Shown here piece after piece: positions 19,079 through 29,083 of a DNA stretch of 64,000 bases. Both the position numbers and the translations under genes were made by a program. The stretch is taken from positions 62,001 to 126,000 of the IMG/VR virus record IMGVR_UViG_3300017963_000188. The stretch is one strand, 5' to 3'. Under the pieces are notes generated by a model. The model searched no databases. It saw nothing but the letters and a program-made list of their open reading frames with translations, and was not told the DNA's origin. Position 1 is the stretch's first letter. The number at the start of each line of letters is the position of its first letter.

Positions 19079-19087
19079 GAGAAAGAC

Positions 19088-19507
19088 ATGGCACGAGTCG
19101 CAAAGGGAGATGTTCACCGAGTATTGGAAAACATGGGCCAGACGTTGATCGATGCAGGTGGTAAAGATGGTAGAGTTAGCAGAGCTGATGTTGATGAGAA
19201 GGTGAAGGGCCTGAAAGGAGCAGAGAAAGGTCTAGCAGCAACCTTCTTCAGTTTTGTAGATCATCGTGATCATGCTCCAGGAGCTACAGTCACAGCAAAG
19301 GATATCAACAAGGCTGTGGAATATGCAAAGACTCACCTGGTAGATAAGTATGATCTCAATCAGAATGGGCTGTCTCAGGATGAGATTTCTAAGATGAGCA
19401 AAATTGGTAAGCTGGCAGTGCATCTTGCAAAGGAACTCAAGGCAGCTACTTTTGAGAGTGTTGAATCAGCTTCTCAGATGGTGCAGTCAGCTCAGCAATC
19501 AGAATAA
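19088..19507 (+). CDS. myxobacterial-type helical protein with EF-hand-like loops
   Basis: DAGGKDGRVSRAD and KYDLNQNGLSQDEI; similarity recalled, not searched. Confidence 0.6.
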   Translation: MARVAKGDVHRVLENMGQTLIDAGGKDGRVSRADVDEKVKGLKGAEKGLAATFFSFVDHRDHAPGATVTAKDINKAVEYAKTHLVDKYDLNQNGLSQDEISKMSKIGKLAVHLAKELKAATFESVESASQMVQSAQQSE

Positions 19508-20212
19508 TCATTTCACTCTAAGATTCTTCAAATCATTGTACCGCTTCATTATGTTTTCAGCATAATTGTTGGCTGTGACTGGATCTTTCTTTTTGATGAT
19601 GTCCCAATCAACCATACCAGGACCTCTATTATAGACAGCTAAAGCAAGTTCAAGGTCAGGATAAAGGTCTTGATAGGCTTTAAGTATTTGGATTCCATAT
19701 CTGATACTCACGTCAGGATCAAACAATGAACCTTTGATATTCCAAATCTTAGCCCAATGGTCCATAATCTGCATAAGTCCCTTAGCTCCCACTTTTGACT
19801 CAGCTTTTGGATCAAACCCTGATTCTACAGATATCATGGCTAGGATAAGATCAGAATCCATTCTATATTCTTTACTGTACCGATACACCTTGACAGCTAT
19901 ATCACGAGCCAGTTCACGATTCACCTCAGGTTTTAGATAAATAATTTTGAGAAAGATAACATTTTCATGGTGACTGGACATTATTGTGGTACGGAGTTTT
20001 ACCAGCTCTTCGTCTACAGATTTGGATTTATGGTCAAGAACTTTATTCTGTTCTGAAATGGTTTCTAATTCAAACCGAGATGTTATCATCTCCATAATAT
20101 TGAAACCACATACTGCTATATTTAGGATGCAAATGGCGATAGTTAAATAATGCATCTTTGTTGGTTTCTGTGGTGGTGGTGCAGGAGGTAATGGTGTTTG
20201 TATATCAGTCAC
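19508..20212 (-). CDS. membrane-anchored lytic transglycosylase (SLT)
   Basis: N-terminal TM; AMISVESGFD, GAKGLMQI, AVYNRG. Confidence 0.9.
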   Translation of the reverse strand: MTDIQTPLPPAPPPQKPTKMHYLTIAICILNIAVCGFNIMEMITSRFELETISEQNKVLDHKSKSVDEELVKLRTTIMSSHHENVIFLKIIYLKPEVNRELARDIAVKVYRYSKEYRMDSDLILAMISVESGFDPKAESKVGAKGLMQIMDHWAKIWNIKGSLFDPDVSIRYGIQILKAYQDLYPDLELALAVYNRGPGMVDWDIIKKKDPVTANNYAENIMKRYNDLKNLRVK

Positions 20213-20224
20213 GGTTAAAACCTT

Positions 20225-21127
20225 TCACTTCCAGATTCTGTTCCAAATAAATTTCAACCTTTGACCAATTCTTTTGAGCAATGATGCTCTTTTCAGGAAT
20301 GGTAAATCACCATATATCTGAAATCCTGCTGCCCCTTTGTGACCTCCACCATCATAACGTATTGCTATGGCACTCACATCAACATCTTCCTTGGTGCTAT
20401 ACAACGAGACTTTCCAGAAACCTTTTTTTGACCAATGGAAAACAATCATCAAATCATAGATTTCAGGGTCCCATTTAGAGTCAAAAATTTTTGAACTGGC
20501 AAAGCCCTTATTGAGAGCTATAGCTTTCTTACCATCAATTTCGGTTTCAAAGCTGTACCCTCTGCAATATTTTGTCTCTTGTACCTTTTCATACTCAATA
20601 ATGAATTCCCCATCCTTCAAGGTTTTGTTAAGGAATTCTTTGTCATCACTAAGCATCTTTTCCCAGATATCAGATTGAGGGAATGTGTTAGGATAGATTC
20701 TCATACCATATTGAAACACCAAAGTATCAGGATCTTCATGATCCCATACATCATATCGTCCCAATAGATACACAGCTCTTGGCATCTCAACGTCAGGATA
20801 GATATACTCCCAAGTCAACTCACACCCAGCAGTACCATTTCTACTATTACCTTCAGCAGAGAAATCATTTTTCTCAGCATTATCTAGAGCCGATTTATGA
20901 TGATCAATCCAGATCAGGTTACAAGATTCTTTGAGACGAATCATATCACTGAACGGTTGCAGAGAGAAATCTACCATGTAAACGGTATCATCCTTTCCAA
21001 TCTCATCCCATGGGAATGGGTCTCCATAATTAATCCCATGTAGTTTGCAATCTGGGTGTTTCCGATGCACGATTGCGCCAGAGCAATGACCATCAAGGTC
21101 TACGGAATGAAAGAAACAGTGAATCAT
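20225..21127 (-). CDS. DHH/DHHA1 phosphoesterase
   Basis: DLDG, MVDF, WIDHH, GGGHKGAAG. Confidence 0.9.
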   Translation of the reverse strand: MIHCFFHSVDLDGHCSGAIVHRKHPDCKLHGINYGDPFPWDEIGKDDTVYMVDFSLQPFSDMIRLKESCNLIWIDHHKSALDNAEKNDFSAEGNSRNGTAGCELTWEYIYPDVEMPRAVYLLGRYDVWDHEDPDTLVFQYGMRIYPNTFPQSDIWEKMLSDDKEFLNKTLKDGEFIIEYEKVQETKYCRGYSFETEIDGKKAIALNKGFASSKIFDSKWDPEIYDLMIVFHWSKKGFWKVSLYSTKEDVDVSAIAIRYDGGGHKGAAGFQIYGDLPFLKRASLLKRIGQRLKFIWNRIWK

Positions 21128-21129
21128 AT

Positions 21130-21369
21130 CTACTCCTCAGTATCTATTTTCTTGATTAGTTCATCAATCTGAATGCAGAGTTTCATCTGATCAGTATCTA
21201 AAGCTTTTATTTCAGGTCCACCAAGTTTAGGACGACCAAGCAAATTTTTCTGAGAACCCATCCTTTTCACGTCTTGAGCTGAGACGTTTGGATCTCCAGT
21301 TTGAATGATATTGGATCTCATTTGAAGTCCATAAATGATGAGATTTCGTTCTTCTCTAGTCAATTCCAT
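21130..21369 (-). CDS. hypothetical protein
   Basis: 79 aa in operon. Confidence 0.6.
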   Translation of the reverse strand: MELTREERNLIIYGLQMRSNIIQTGDPNVSAQDVKRMGSQKNLLGRPKLGGPEIKALDTDQMKLCIQIDELIKKIDTEE

Positions 21370-21372
21370 GTT

Positions 21373-21720
21373 TTACTCAAAAATGTCTTGGACAAGTTCT
21401 TCTACCACAATATCTAGATATTCAGGACTCTTGTCATCAAGAACTCCATTGAGTCCTGCTTTCAATTTCTCTGTCAGCCATTCCCTAGACATAATTTCAA
21501 TGGGAGCTTCTTTGAAATCTCGATCATTGAATTTTAGGTCTGGGACAACATCAACACAAAACATCTCCTGGTCTTCAGTGTTGAGTTGTGAAATCACTAC
21601 TCCTTTGGGGACTTCTTCACAATATCGGCACCCATTGATTACTTCGAGGGTATAGACAGTATCACCAGGACCTTCAAATTTATACTGGGGTACAAAATCC
21701 CCACATCCACAAGCACCCAT
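21373..21720 (-). CDS. hypothetical protein
   Basis: 115 aa, begins MGACGC. Confidence 0.65.
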   Translation of the reverse strand: MGACGCGDFVPQYKFEGPGDTVYTLEVINGCRYCEEVPKGVVISQLNTEDQEMFCVDVVPDLKFNDRDFKEAPIEIMSREWLTEKLKAGLNGVLDDKSPEYLDIVVEELVQDIFE

Positions 21721-21722
21721 AT

Positions 21723-21971
21723 CTACTCCTCATATTCAATTATTGGGAATTGTTTACCTGATATGGTTTCTTCTCTCCCACATTCTTCACATCTATGGGG
21801 GTATTTTATTGGGTAGGTAGGGTAATACGTGTCCATTGGTACCATCTCTCCACCACAGTCACAAAACAGTTTAGTCTCGAAAACTTTAACTTCTCTTTTG
21901 ACTTTTTTCATGGCTCCATCCGAATGACAAGATTTGAGGTAATACTCATCAATATTTCTATCATACCTCAT
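21723..21971 (-). CDS. zinc-ribbon hypothetical protein
   Basis: CDCGGEM...YPHRCEECG. Confidence 0.65.
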   Translation of the reverse strand: MRYDRNIDEYYLKSCHSDGAMKKVKREVKVFETKLFCDCGGEMVPMDTYYPTYPIKYPHRCEECGREETISGKQFPIIEYEE

Positions 21972-23049
21972 CCCACTTAATGGCCTGAATCACTACGTCA
22001 GGATAAAGTTCTCGACTCATGATTTCAATGCACATCTCATTGATTCGTTTTCTATTTGGCTCACGAGGCAATGAGGTTGTCTTCTTCAACTCCAAGAATA
22101 GACGTTCTTTTTCAAGAGCCCATTCTTCTAGCTGTTCAAATGACCAGGCCCCTTGACCAATAGTCATGAGTTCTTTTGCGTCAGGACGACGTACAATGAC
22201 CCCTTTACCAGTAAGGATTTCTTCACCCATCCTGATGAGCCTTACTAGATTTGTAGCGTGTTTACAATCATATCCAAACTTAGCTTCTAGTTCAGCTCGT
22301 TTTGGGTTCCTATTTTTCTTCCAGTTCTGGTAGCTATTCCACTCATTAATAGCATTCTGATATTGACGTTCCCTGGACATGGCCTCAATGAAGTTGTCAG
22401 AACAACCTGTTAGCTTCTGAATCTCAGCCCAGTTTTGTTCGTCCCCAGGATCAAAACTCTGCAAAAGACCAACTGTATTTACTTCTCGAAGTTCCTCCAG
22501 AGTCTCATCACTGAGTCTAGCTTCCTCAATAGATCCTTTCAGAATGTGGTTCAGCACATAGAAGAAAGCTCCCATATGGTCACGGCTCACAAGCTTGTGA
22601 GTCTCAGGAAGACCATAGGTTCCACGTTCTGGCTTTGTCTTTGGTGGGTTCAAAAGCCAGTTTCGGTGCCTTCTGATACGTTTAAGCTGTGAGAAGGCAT
22701 AGCCCAAATAGCTGCTACCCATCTTTGAGGAAAGGAACAAATCCCTGTGGTCTCTGATCAGCTTTCCTGTGTCTGTCATGGTCACGACATCAGAGTCTTC
22801 ACAGTACAGAATCTCAAAGCTAGAGGGGTTAGCTGCAAGAGCCATGTTACAGAATTTCTTCAGATCCCACAACACTCGGTCAGGTTCCTTGATTTCTTTC
22901 TGCTCAAATCTCTGGAGACATCCAAGATAATATTGAATTGGAGCCAGAGCAATACCCCTGAAATCCTCATCAGAGTCTGGTCTGCTGGTCCCATAAGCAT
23001 GGGACCCAAACCATGTTTCGTATATAATTTTCAAGTCTTTTAGATCCAT
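21961..23049 (-). CDS. Pol-beta superfamily nucleotidyltransferase (RlaP/YcgL-like)
   Basis: GSHAYGTSRPDSDEDFRG, YDCKHATNLVRL. Confidence 0.88.
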   Translation of the reverse strand: MDLKDLKIIYETWFGSHAYGTSRPDSDEDFRGIALAPIQYYLGCLQRFEQKEIKEPDRVLWDLKKFCNMALAANPSSFEILYCEDSDVVTMTDTGKLIRDHRDLFLSSKMGSSYLGYAFSQLKRIRRHRNWLLNPPKTKPERGTYGLPETHKLVSRDHMGAFFYVLNHILKGSIEEARLSDETLEELREVNTVGLLQSFDPGDEQNWAEIQKLTGCSDNFIEAMSRERQYQNAINEWNSYQNWKKNRNPKRAELEAKFGYDCKHATNLVRLIRMGEEILTGKGVIVRRPDAKELMTIGQGAWSFEQLEEWALEKERLFLELKKTTSLPREPNRKRINEMCIEIMSRELYPDVVIQAIKWDEV

Positions 23050-23142
23050 TTTTCAATTCCTCCATATAGAGTACACATAAATAATTTTTTTGTACTCTCT
23101 AGCTATATACTGATCTTCAGTAGAAATTTAAAGGAGAAATCC

Positions 23143-23628
23143 ATGGCTGAAAATGCACGAGACGAAATCCAAAGATACATTGGAGACCTAGAGGACAGAA
23201 CCTCAAACATCAAGAAATTGATTGATAAGTTCACAGAACATCAATCTGATATAGAACATTATTCTAGCAGTGTTGATGAATTGATCTCAGGTGAATTCTC
23301 CTCTTCTCTAGAAGTACCTCCTGTGGTTGACAAGCAACTTCAAGATCTCATCAATGAACATGGAGATCTTCTCTTGGCTATTGATACAGAATCAGATTCT
23401 GAGCATTCAGAAATGACCTGGGGTGTTTTGGATGCTGTCAATGATTATCTCTCACATTATGACGACATCGAAGCTGACCTAGAGACTCTCAATGCTGGGC
23501 TGAAAGAAGTGGTATCCAACATAGAAGACGTATTACATGCTTGGAACAGGAAAGATGTTCAGAAACTAGACAAGCTAAGTGACCAACTTACTGATGCAAT
23601 CACTGGTTTGAAAAGACTCCTTAAGTAA
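23143..23628 (+). CDS. acidic helical-bundle hypothetical protein
   Basis: 161 aa, AAGGAG SD, against local strand. Confidence 0.75.
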   Translation: MAENARDEIQRYIGDLEDRTSNIKKLIDKFTEHQSDIEHYSSSVDELISGEFSSSLEVPPVVDKQLQDLINEHGDLLLAIDTESDSEHSEMTWGVLDAVNDYLSHYDDIEADLETLNAGLKEVVSNIEDVLHAWNRKDVQKLDKLSDQLTDAITGLKRLLK

Positions 23629-24213
23629 CTCTATACAATCTTCAAAAACCTTTTCTTTACTTTGTTCTCCATTTACAAATTTGACATTTGGGAGACGTTT
23701 ATAGAGTAGATTGTATTCTTGGGCTATTTTATCCAGGAAGTCATTGTTTTCAAACCTATCAGCATATTGACCAGTCTCAGCCCACCTCTTTTCCAATCTA
23801 TTAAGAGCTGTATTTGTAGCTATCTTAATGACGATAGTGAGGTCAGGGGTTTTTGCTTTTTGATTGACACTCTGAGTGAAATCCATGCCGCATGTGATAC
23901 TCTGATAGACTAGGGAAGAACCTAACCCACGATCTCCTATTACCCATTTCCCAGACCTCAGCCAACCATTAACTTCTCGATCATGCACTAAACGGTCTGC
24001 TGCAAATAATAAAGCATGTACCTCTTCTATTGGATCTGATTCCTTCAGATATTTGCGAGCTATCTTTCCTATCTCACCGTCTGTTGGTTCTTTAGTAGAT
24101 ACAATATCAATATCATGGTTGTTAAAAGAACTCTCAATTAATTCACATTGAGTAGTAGAACCACATCCATCAATACCTTCTAGAACTACATATTTTGGTT
24201 CATCAATAACCAT
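23575..24213 (-). CDS. tmk: thymidylate kinase
   Basis: LEGIDGCGSTT, KEPT, LLFAADR, DRG..S.LVYQ, PDL. Confidence 0.92.
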   Translation of the reverse strand: MVIDEPKYVVLEGIDGCGSTTQCELIESSFNNHDIDIVSTKEPTDGEIGKIARKYLKESDPIEEVHALLFAADRLVHDREVNGWLRSGKWVIGDRGLGSSLVYQSITCGMDFTQSVNQKAKTPDLTIVIKIATNTALNRLEKRWAETGQYADRFENNDFLDKIAQEYNLLYKRLPNVKFVNGEQSKEKVFEDCIELLKESFQTSDCISKLVT

Positions 24214-24430
24214 ATTTCAACCTTCTACTTTCAAAATAGGCTCGTGCTCTATCTGGTTTAGGTAAGCACTTAGCACAAGCTGTTTCAATTATTGTAAGAT
24301 CACCGTTAGATTTTCTGATAGGTCCTAGAGTCATCTGCCAACACCATTGTAACCGAATCGATGTTTGACATTCCATACACCATTCAGTCTTTATGATAGG
24401 GAAAATCTTTTTTATTGTAAACATTACCAT
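24203..24430 (-). CDS. Cys-rich hypothetical protein
   Basis: 75 aa. Confidence 0.55.
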   Translation of the reverse strand: MVMFTIKKIFPIIKTEWCMECQTSIRLQWCWQMTLGPIRKSNGDLTIIETACAKCLPKPDRARAYFESRRLKYGY

Positions 24431-24584
24431 TGCAAGCCAATAGTTCCGTAAGAGTGACCCATTTTTTGCAGTATGGACACATATCTTTTGGTAACCTTAC
24501 CTTATAACTGAAATGCTTACCACAATCGCAAAGAACTATGAATAAAGCACCTCTTGATGTTTCTCTTGTCTCTTTAATTTCCAT
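24384..24584 (-). CDS. zinc-ribbon hypothetical protein
   Basis: 66 aa; CDCG...CPYC. Confidence 0.55.
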   Translation of the reverse strand: MEIKETRETSRGALFIVLCDCGKHFSYKVRLPKDMCPYCKKWVTLTELLACNGNVYNKKDFPYHKD

Positions 24585-24591
24585 ATTTATT

Positions 24592-24687
24592 GAGGGGGGT
24601 CATATCCATGAGTGAATCAGGAGGTGACATACCCAAACAGACATGACCCCCCTCCTCAAGCAGGTTATGGCTAACCAACAACCCGCA
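24592..24687 (-). other. GC-rich structured 5' region (two hairpins)
   Basis: 12-bp perfect stem 24592..24603/24643..24654 plus upstream GCGGGTT/AACCTGC stem. Confidence 0.45.
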
Positions 24688-24734
24688 TAATCATTATACC
24701 AATTATGTGGATTATTAAAAGATCAACATATATC

Positions 24735-25250
24735 TTAGGATTTTCCAGTAAATAATGATTTATATACATCAAGGATTGATATTCTATAAGTTTTATTTTC
24801 TAACATGTCTCTAAACACATCATCTAACCAGATACCTAAAGGACACAATAAAGCCCACACAGGTAGATAAATTAATGTGATCTGACCCATAATGTTGAGA
24901 GGCCATGTGCTGTAATCCCACAGATGAAGACCTAACCAGACATTAAAGAAGAGTCCTGTCACAAACTCTATACTGAATACGGTAAGAGTCCCCAATATAA
25001 CCTGAGACCATATAGGTAGTTTCTTCTTTTCATTTAGGTATCCAATAATAAAGATACAACTCCCTCCAATCGGGAACATCCATATTGAAGTCCATCCAGC
25101 AAATGAAGGATAAGTTAACCCATGTATCCCTACCATTTCTCCTCGAAACATCCGCATAAACACTTCCAGGACAATATAGATACATCCGAACATTATAAAT
25201 AAGATTATGTTTTTCTTCACTCTGCTCATACCAACCTCCAAGCATTTCAA
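24735..25250 (-). CDS. multi-pass membrane protein (DUF1113/CmpB-like)
   Basis: GCIYIVLEV, IEFVTG, WDYS..PLNIMGQI. Confidence 0.8.
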   Translation of the reverse strand: MKCLEVGMSRVKKNIILFIMFGCIYIVLEVFMRMFRGEMVGIHGLTYPSFAGWTSIWMFPIGGSCIFIIGYLNEKKKLPIWSQVILGTLTVFSIEFVTGLFFNVWLGLHLWDYSTWPLNIMGQITLIYLPVWALLCPLGIWLDDVFRDMLENKTYRISILDVYKSLFTGKS

Positions 25251-25297
25251 TATATGTAACCTATTAAAGGATTGTAATTTTTTTATATATTTCTATA

Positions 25298-25588
25298 TTG
25301 AATATTTTGGAGATCAAAATGCCTAATTGCATGGGTATTATGTACGACAATGATGTGCCTGATGGTGATTCATGCTGGGTAGTTGTTCAAGGCATTGCTG
25401 AAGTTCTATTGCAAGATTGGGCTAAGGTATCGGACACACAAAATGGTAGAGCCGATATCACGAATCTATTACCTCCAGGGGGTACTATTGTAGCTTTAGA
25501 AGATCATCTATCTGAGATAGGGCATTGTCTTGAATCAAAAACGGCAGGGGTCGATGTTTTGGCTAAATGTATGATTCACTTCCTCTAG
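25298..25588 (+). CDS. hypothetical protein, possibly truncated structural-protein fragment
   Basis: CWVVVQGIAEVLL...EIGHCLES motif; start uncertain. Confidence 0.45.
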   Translation: MNILEIKMPNCMGIMYDNDVPDGDSCWVVVQGIAEVLLQDWAKVSDTQNGRADITNLLPPGGTIVALEDHLSEIGHCLESKTAGVDVLAKCMIHFL

Positions 25589-27780
25589 AGATTGACAGTT
25601 TCTTCACCTAGATCGAATGTGAATGATATACCATCAACTTCTAGAGTAGTTTCATCTCTGGACTCAAATTCATCAAACCATTTTTTGCCCAAGATAACAG
25701 CAAACTTTGTCTCCTGGATCTGTGACCTGATCCCCAACATGGTCTTCTGTAGACCCTTAATGGTTTCATCAAACCATTTAGTCTTAGTTTCAGTGGAGCT
25801 GAGCTTGCTCTTTGAAGCATCGTACAGATTGATACCCTCTTCAACTAGGTACTCTACTGGAGTTCGGCTCTTCCCTACTGCAATCTTGTCCATCACCTTT
25901 TTCACAGTGGGGAGGCTCGACATCTTGGCAATCTTGATCTTGAATGCCTTGGCAATATATTGGTCAGATGCTTCAGCAGTCTCCATAGGAGGTTGATACA
26001 ATCCACCCTTCTTGAGATTGATACCATTTGCTTCCAGAAAAGCAATCTGGTCATCATTGTACTCTGTAGTTTCAACCTTCTGTTCTCCGATCTCTTCATT
26101 CTTAAGCCATTTCAGAGCCTTGATCTGACCTTTCAATTTCTGCTCTTCCATAGACAACTTGCAAAGATCTGTTGCTGAGGTTCGACCAGTAGCAATCTTT
26201 CTGTTAATTGCTGGGAGACCAGAGACATCAATAGCGTAAACTCCAGAGTTCTTGAAATCATCATCAGTTACGATACCTTTGTTCTTTAGCTCTAGATAGG
26301 TCTTCTCAGAAGTCTTTACATAGAACTTCTTGATGTGAACCCTCCCATCTTTGATGAAGGTGTAATTTCTGAACACAAAAGTATTGAAGTATTCTGGAAG
26401 TTCAAGATCAGAACCTGTCTTTCCCTCTACTTCTTTGAGATGTACCACACCCTTGATACGTGTCTGGACATTGAGATTCAATCGACTTGAATGCCATACC
26501 AATTGGTTGAATGGACATTGAATATCCTTGTCAGCCATGAACTTGGGATAATCACCCTTGGTCTTAGTAGGAACTCCAATCTTCTCATAATGGAAATTCT
26601 CATGGTATGGATAGAATGAAGCCTCATCATCATTGACTAGGATACCAAGAAGATCAAAAGCACAAAAAGCATCATCAGGGGGTAGATAATTGGCATCTCG
26701 ACCTTCAATGAATCTTTCACTGATATCCTGAAGTCCTTTATTGATGACATCTTCAGCTTGACCATACTCTTCAATTGTGAAAGCATTGGTCAAAGAATCT
26801 ACTACCTTCTTATCTCCAACCTTACCAATAAACTCAAGAGCAAGGTCAGTCTTTGCTTGTTGAGTCAGAACGAGAGCAGCAGCATAAAGTCCTTTACCAT
26901 ACTTGTTGCCAGTATCTGCAAAGTCGATATCATCAATGTTGACACGCTTCCAGCTCTTCTTGTTGGGCTTCTCATTTGACACATAAAATACAGAAGTGCC
27001 TCGACCTTTTTGTGGACTAATATACAACTTACCATCATCATCTAGTCCATAGAGCATCACACCTTGATCTGAAACAGTGAATACTGCCAGTGGATTTTCT
27101 ACCAAAGATTCCACTTCCTGTTTCGGTTCCTGTATTTCAGAGAGCTTCACAAGTCGTGTAATACTATCTGAGTATTCATTGACCATTGTGCTATGGATAA
27201 GAAGAGCACCAAGTTTCTCAGCCATTTGAGCCATGAGTTCCTTGTTGTAGTAGTACCCATAACCGATGAACATAGCACTGTGAATCTTGCCCTTGATCTT
27301 ATTGATAGCTTCAAAGATACTCTCAATCTCTCTTCTATAATTCCTGACAACTGGATATCCATCTGTAAAAAAATGAAGAGAAAAAGTATCAGACATGATT
27401 GAGAGATCTTCAATGACAGTGCTACTATTGTGAAGAATCTCTGAAAAACAGGTTGTATTCCTAACTGAACTATTCTTTCTGATAGCCCGTTCCAAGGTAT
27501 CGTAATCAGCTTCATCACTGATTTTGAATCCCTTGATGATGAAATTGAAATCCCCCTCCCCACTAAACCACCCAAGACTGAGAGTATCCCCCTTTGGCAG
27601 TTTCTTGGAAAGAATCATAAGTTGTTCACATAGGCCAGAAAGAGTGTAATACATGGAACCTGACCTGTCATAGATCCAAATATGATTGACAGGCTCTCTC
27701 TTTTCAACTGTTGTGACCTTGGACTTTACTTCTTGATGGACTAAACACATCTCGTCTGTGATTGGTACATAACTCGGCAT
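25585..27780 (-). CDS. vWA domain protein
   Basis: YDRSGSM MIDAS, FFTDG; 731 aa. Confidence 0.85.
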   Translation of the reverse strand: MPSYVPITDEMCLVHQEVKSKVTTVEKREPVNHIWIYDRSGSMYYTLSGLCEQLMILSKKLPKGDTLSLGWFSGEGDFNFIIKGFKISDEADYDTLERAIRKNSSVRNTTCFSEILHNSSTVIEDLSIMSDTFSLHFFTDGYPVVRNYRREIESIFEAINKIKGKIHSAMFIGYGYYYNKELMAQMAEKLGALLIHSTMVNEYSDSITRLVKLSEIQEPKQEVESLVENPLAVFTVSDQGVMLYGLDDDGKLYISPQKGRGTSVFYVSNEKPNKKSWKRVNIDDIDFADTGNKYGKGLYAAALVLTQQAKTDLALEFIGKVGDKKVVDSLTNAFTIEEYGQAEDVINKGLQDISERFIEGRDANYLPPDDAFCAFDLLGILVNDDEASFYPYHENFHYEKIGVPTKTKGDYPKFMADKDIQCPFNQLVWHSSRLNLNVQTRIKGVVHLKEVEGKTGSDLELPEYFNTFVFRNYTFIKDGRVHIKKFYVKTSEKTYLELKNKGIVTDDDFKNSGVYAIDVSGLPAINRKIATGRTSATDLCKLSMEEQKLKGQIKALKWLKNEEIGEQKVETTEYNDDQIAFLEANGINLKKGGLYQPPMETAEASDQYIAKAFKIKIAKMSSLPTVKKVMDKIAVGKSRTPVEYLVEEGINLYDASKSKLSSTETKTKWFDETIKGLQKTMLGIRSQIQETKFAVILGKKWFDEFESRDETTLEVDGISFTFDLGEETVNL

Positions 27781-27801
27781 TGGTTTCTCCTTTAGCTACA
27801 T

Positions 27802-28011
27802 TTATGCTTGACAAGCAATGGCTGCATTTGCAGTCATCACCGCTTCTCGAATCTTGCGGATCGCTACATCCTGATCCTCACCTGGAGGGGTGAGCCGATG
27901 AACAGTTAGGGCAAATGTCTTGGCTGCTTCTCTCAGTTCGTTGTATTTTGGGATTTGGTCTTTGCTCGGTGGGTGATAGGTGAATAGATGTTCTACAGTC
28001 TTCTCGTCCAT
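27802..28011 (-). CDS. Acb2/Tad1-like hairpin (nucleotide-signal sponge) protein
   Basis: FTYHPP...Y..LRE.A...AIRKIREAVMTANAAIA; AGGAG SD before ATG 28011. Confidence 0.75.
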   Translation of the reverse strand: MDEKTVEHLFTYHPPSKDQIPKYNELREAAKTFALTVHRLTPPGEDQDVAIRKIREAVMTANAAIACQA

Positions 28012-28206
28012 GTGTTTCTCCTTGTTCCCAATCTTGTATCCATTTATCAAAGAATCTATCTTCTGGAAAGATATGATTCAAAAAATATGGTTCTTGTTCC
28101 CTCAGTTCTCGTTCATTATGTGTAGTCATATGTGATCCCTCCAGGCAGACTATACCAGTTTTAATTTTTTTACCAAAAATCTTGACTTGAGTATAGAAAT
28201 ATAGTT

Positions 28207-28881
28207 ATGATTCTGAACATGGAATTGTCAAAAGAACATATGCTAGCTACATTTGGTCGAAATGATTCAAAGCTATTTTTTGAATCTGGTCAGAAATCTC
28301 TAGATCAAATCAAATCACTAGTTAAAGATAAAGAGATAAAGGATGTTCTAGATTGGGGCTGTGGCTTGGGGAGAGTTCTGAAATTTTGGGGTCCTGAAGT
28401 ACATAGACATGGTTGTGATATAAACAAAGAGTATCTGAAACTGGCTCGTAAGAATTGTGATAACAGAGGTGATTTCTACGCTTGCAATTCCATGCCCCCC
28501 ACGAAGTACGATGATAAATCGTTTGACCTTATTTATGGATGCTCTGTGCTGACACATCTCGACTTTGAATCTCAGAAAATTTGGTCTAAAGAACTCAAGA
28601 GAATATTGAAGCCAGATGGTATGGCTATACTCACGTTTGATTCAAGGAATTTTAATCGTGCTATGTTCCGTGGAAAAGAAGACCTGATCAAAGACAGATA
28701 CCAGACAGTACACTTATTTGAAGATGACTTTTTCTTATCCCATAAACGAGATGGTATATTATGGGTGATCCAGTCCCCAGGTACTATTGTATTAAACTTC
28801 CCACAATTTAAAATTGAATTCCATCATGGTTTGAAGATTTTCCACGGTCAGCAAACAGCAGTATTCACACTACCTAAATGA
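28207..28881 (+). CDS. class I SAM-dependent methyltransferase
   Basis: VLDWGCGLGR, GCDIN, FDLIYGCSVLTHL. Confidence 0.88.
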   Translation: MILNMELSKEHMLATFGRNDSKLFFESGQKSLDQIKSLVKDKEIKDVLDWGCGLGRVLKFWGPEVHRHGCDINKEYLKLARKNCDNRGDFYACNSMPPTKYDDKSFDLIYGCSVLTHLDFESQKIWSKELKRILKPDGMAILTFDSRNFNRAMFRGKEDLIKDRYQTVHLFEDDFFLSHKRDGILWVIQSPGTIVLNFPQFKIEFHHGLKIFHGQQTAVFTLPK

Positions 28882-29083
28882 TGTCTAAGCCTATAGCTTC
28901 TAGAACTTTCTGATCTGCATCAACAGGCTTAGCTATTAATTCTCCAGGCTCCAACCCATCAGCTTTGGAGATCATCTCAATCCTTTCATAGGCCACTTTT
29001 TCTTCTAGATAAGCAGCCATTCCTTTTCCAGTTCCTATGCTATATCTAGAACCATTACGATACACAATCACATATACTTTCAT
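28874..29083 (-). CDS. small hypothetical protein
   Basis: 69 aa, ATGA-coupled. Confidence 0.55.
   Translation of the reverse strand: MKVYVIVYRNGSRYSIGTGKGMAAYLEEKVAYERIEMISKADGLEPGELIAKPVDADQKVLEAIGLDII

Noticed and set aside
27878-28129. 83-aa ORF overlapping the Acb2-like gene
   Set aside because: 134-nt out-of-frame overlap; the 5' part may be real but is unsupported.
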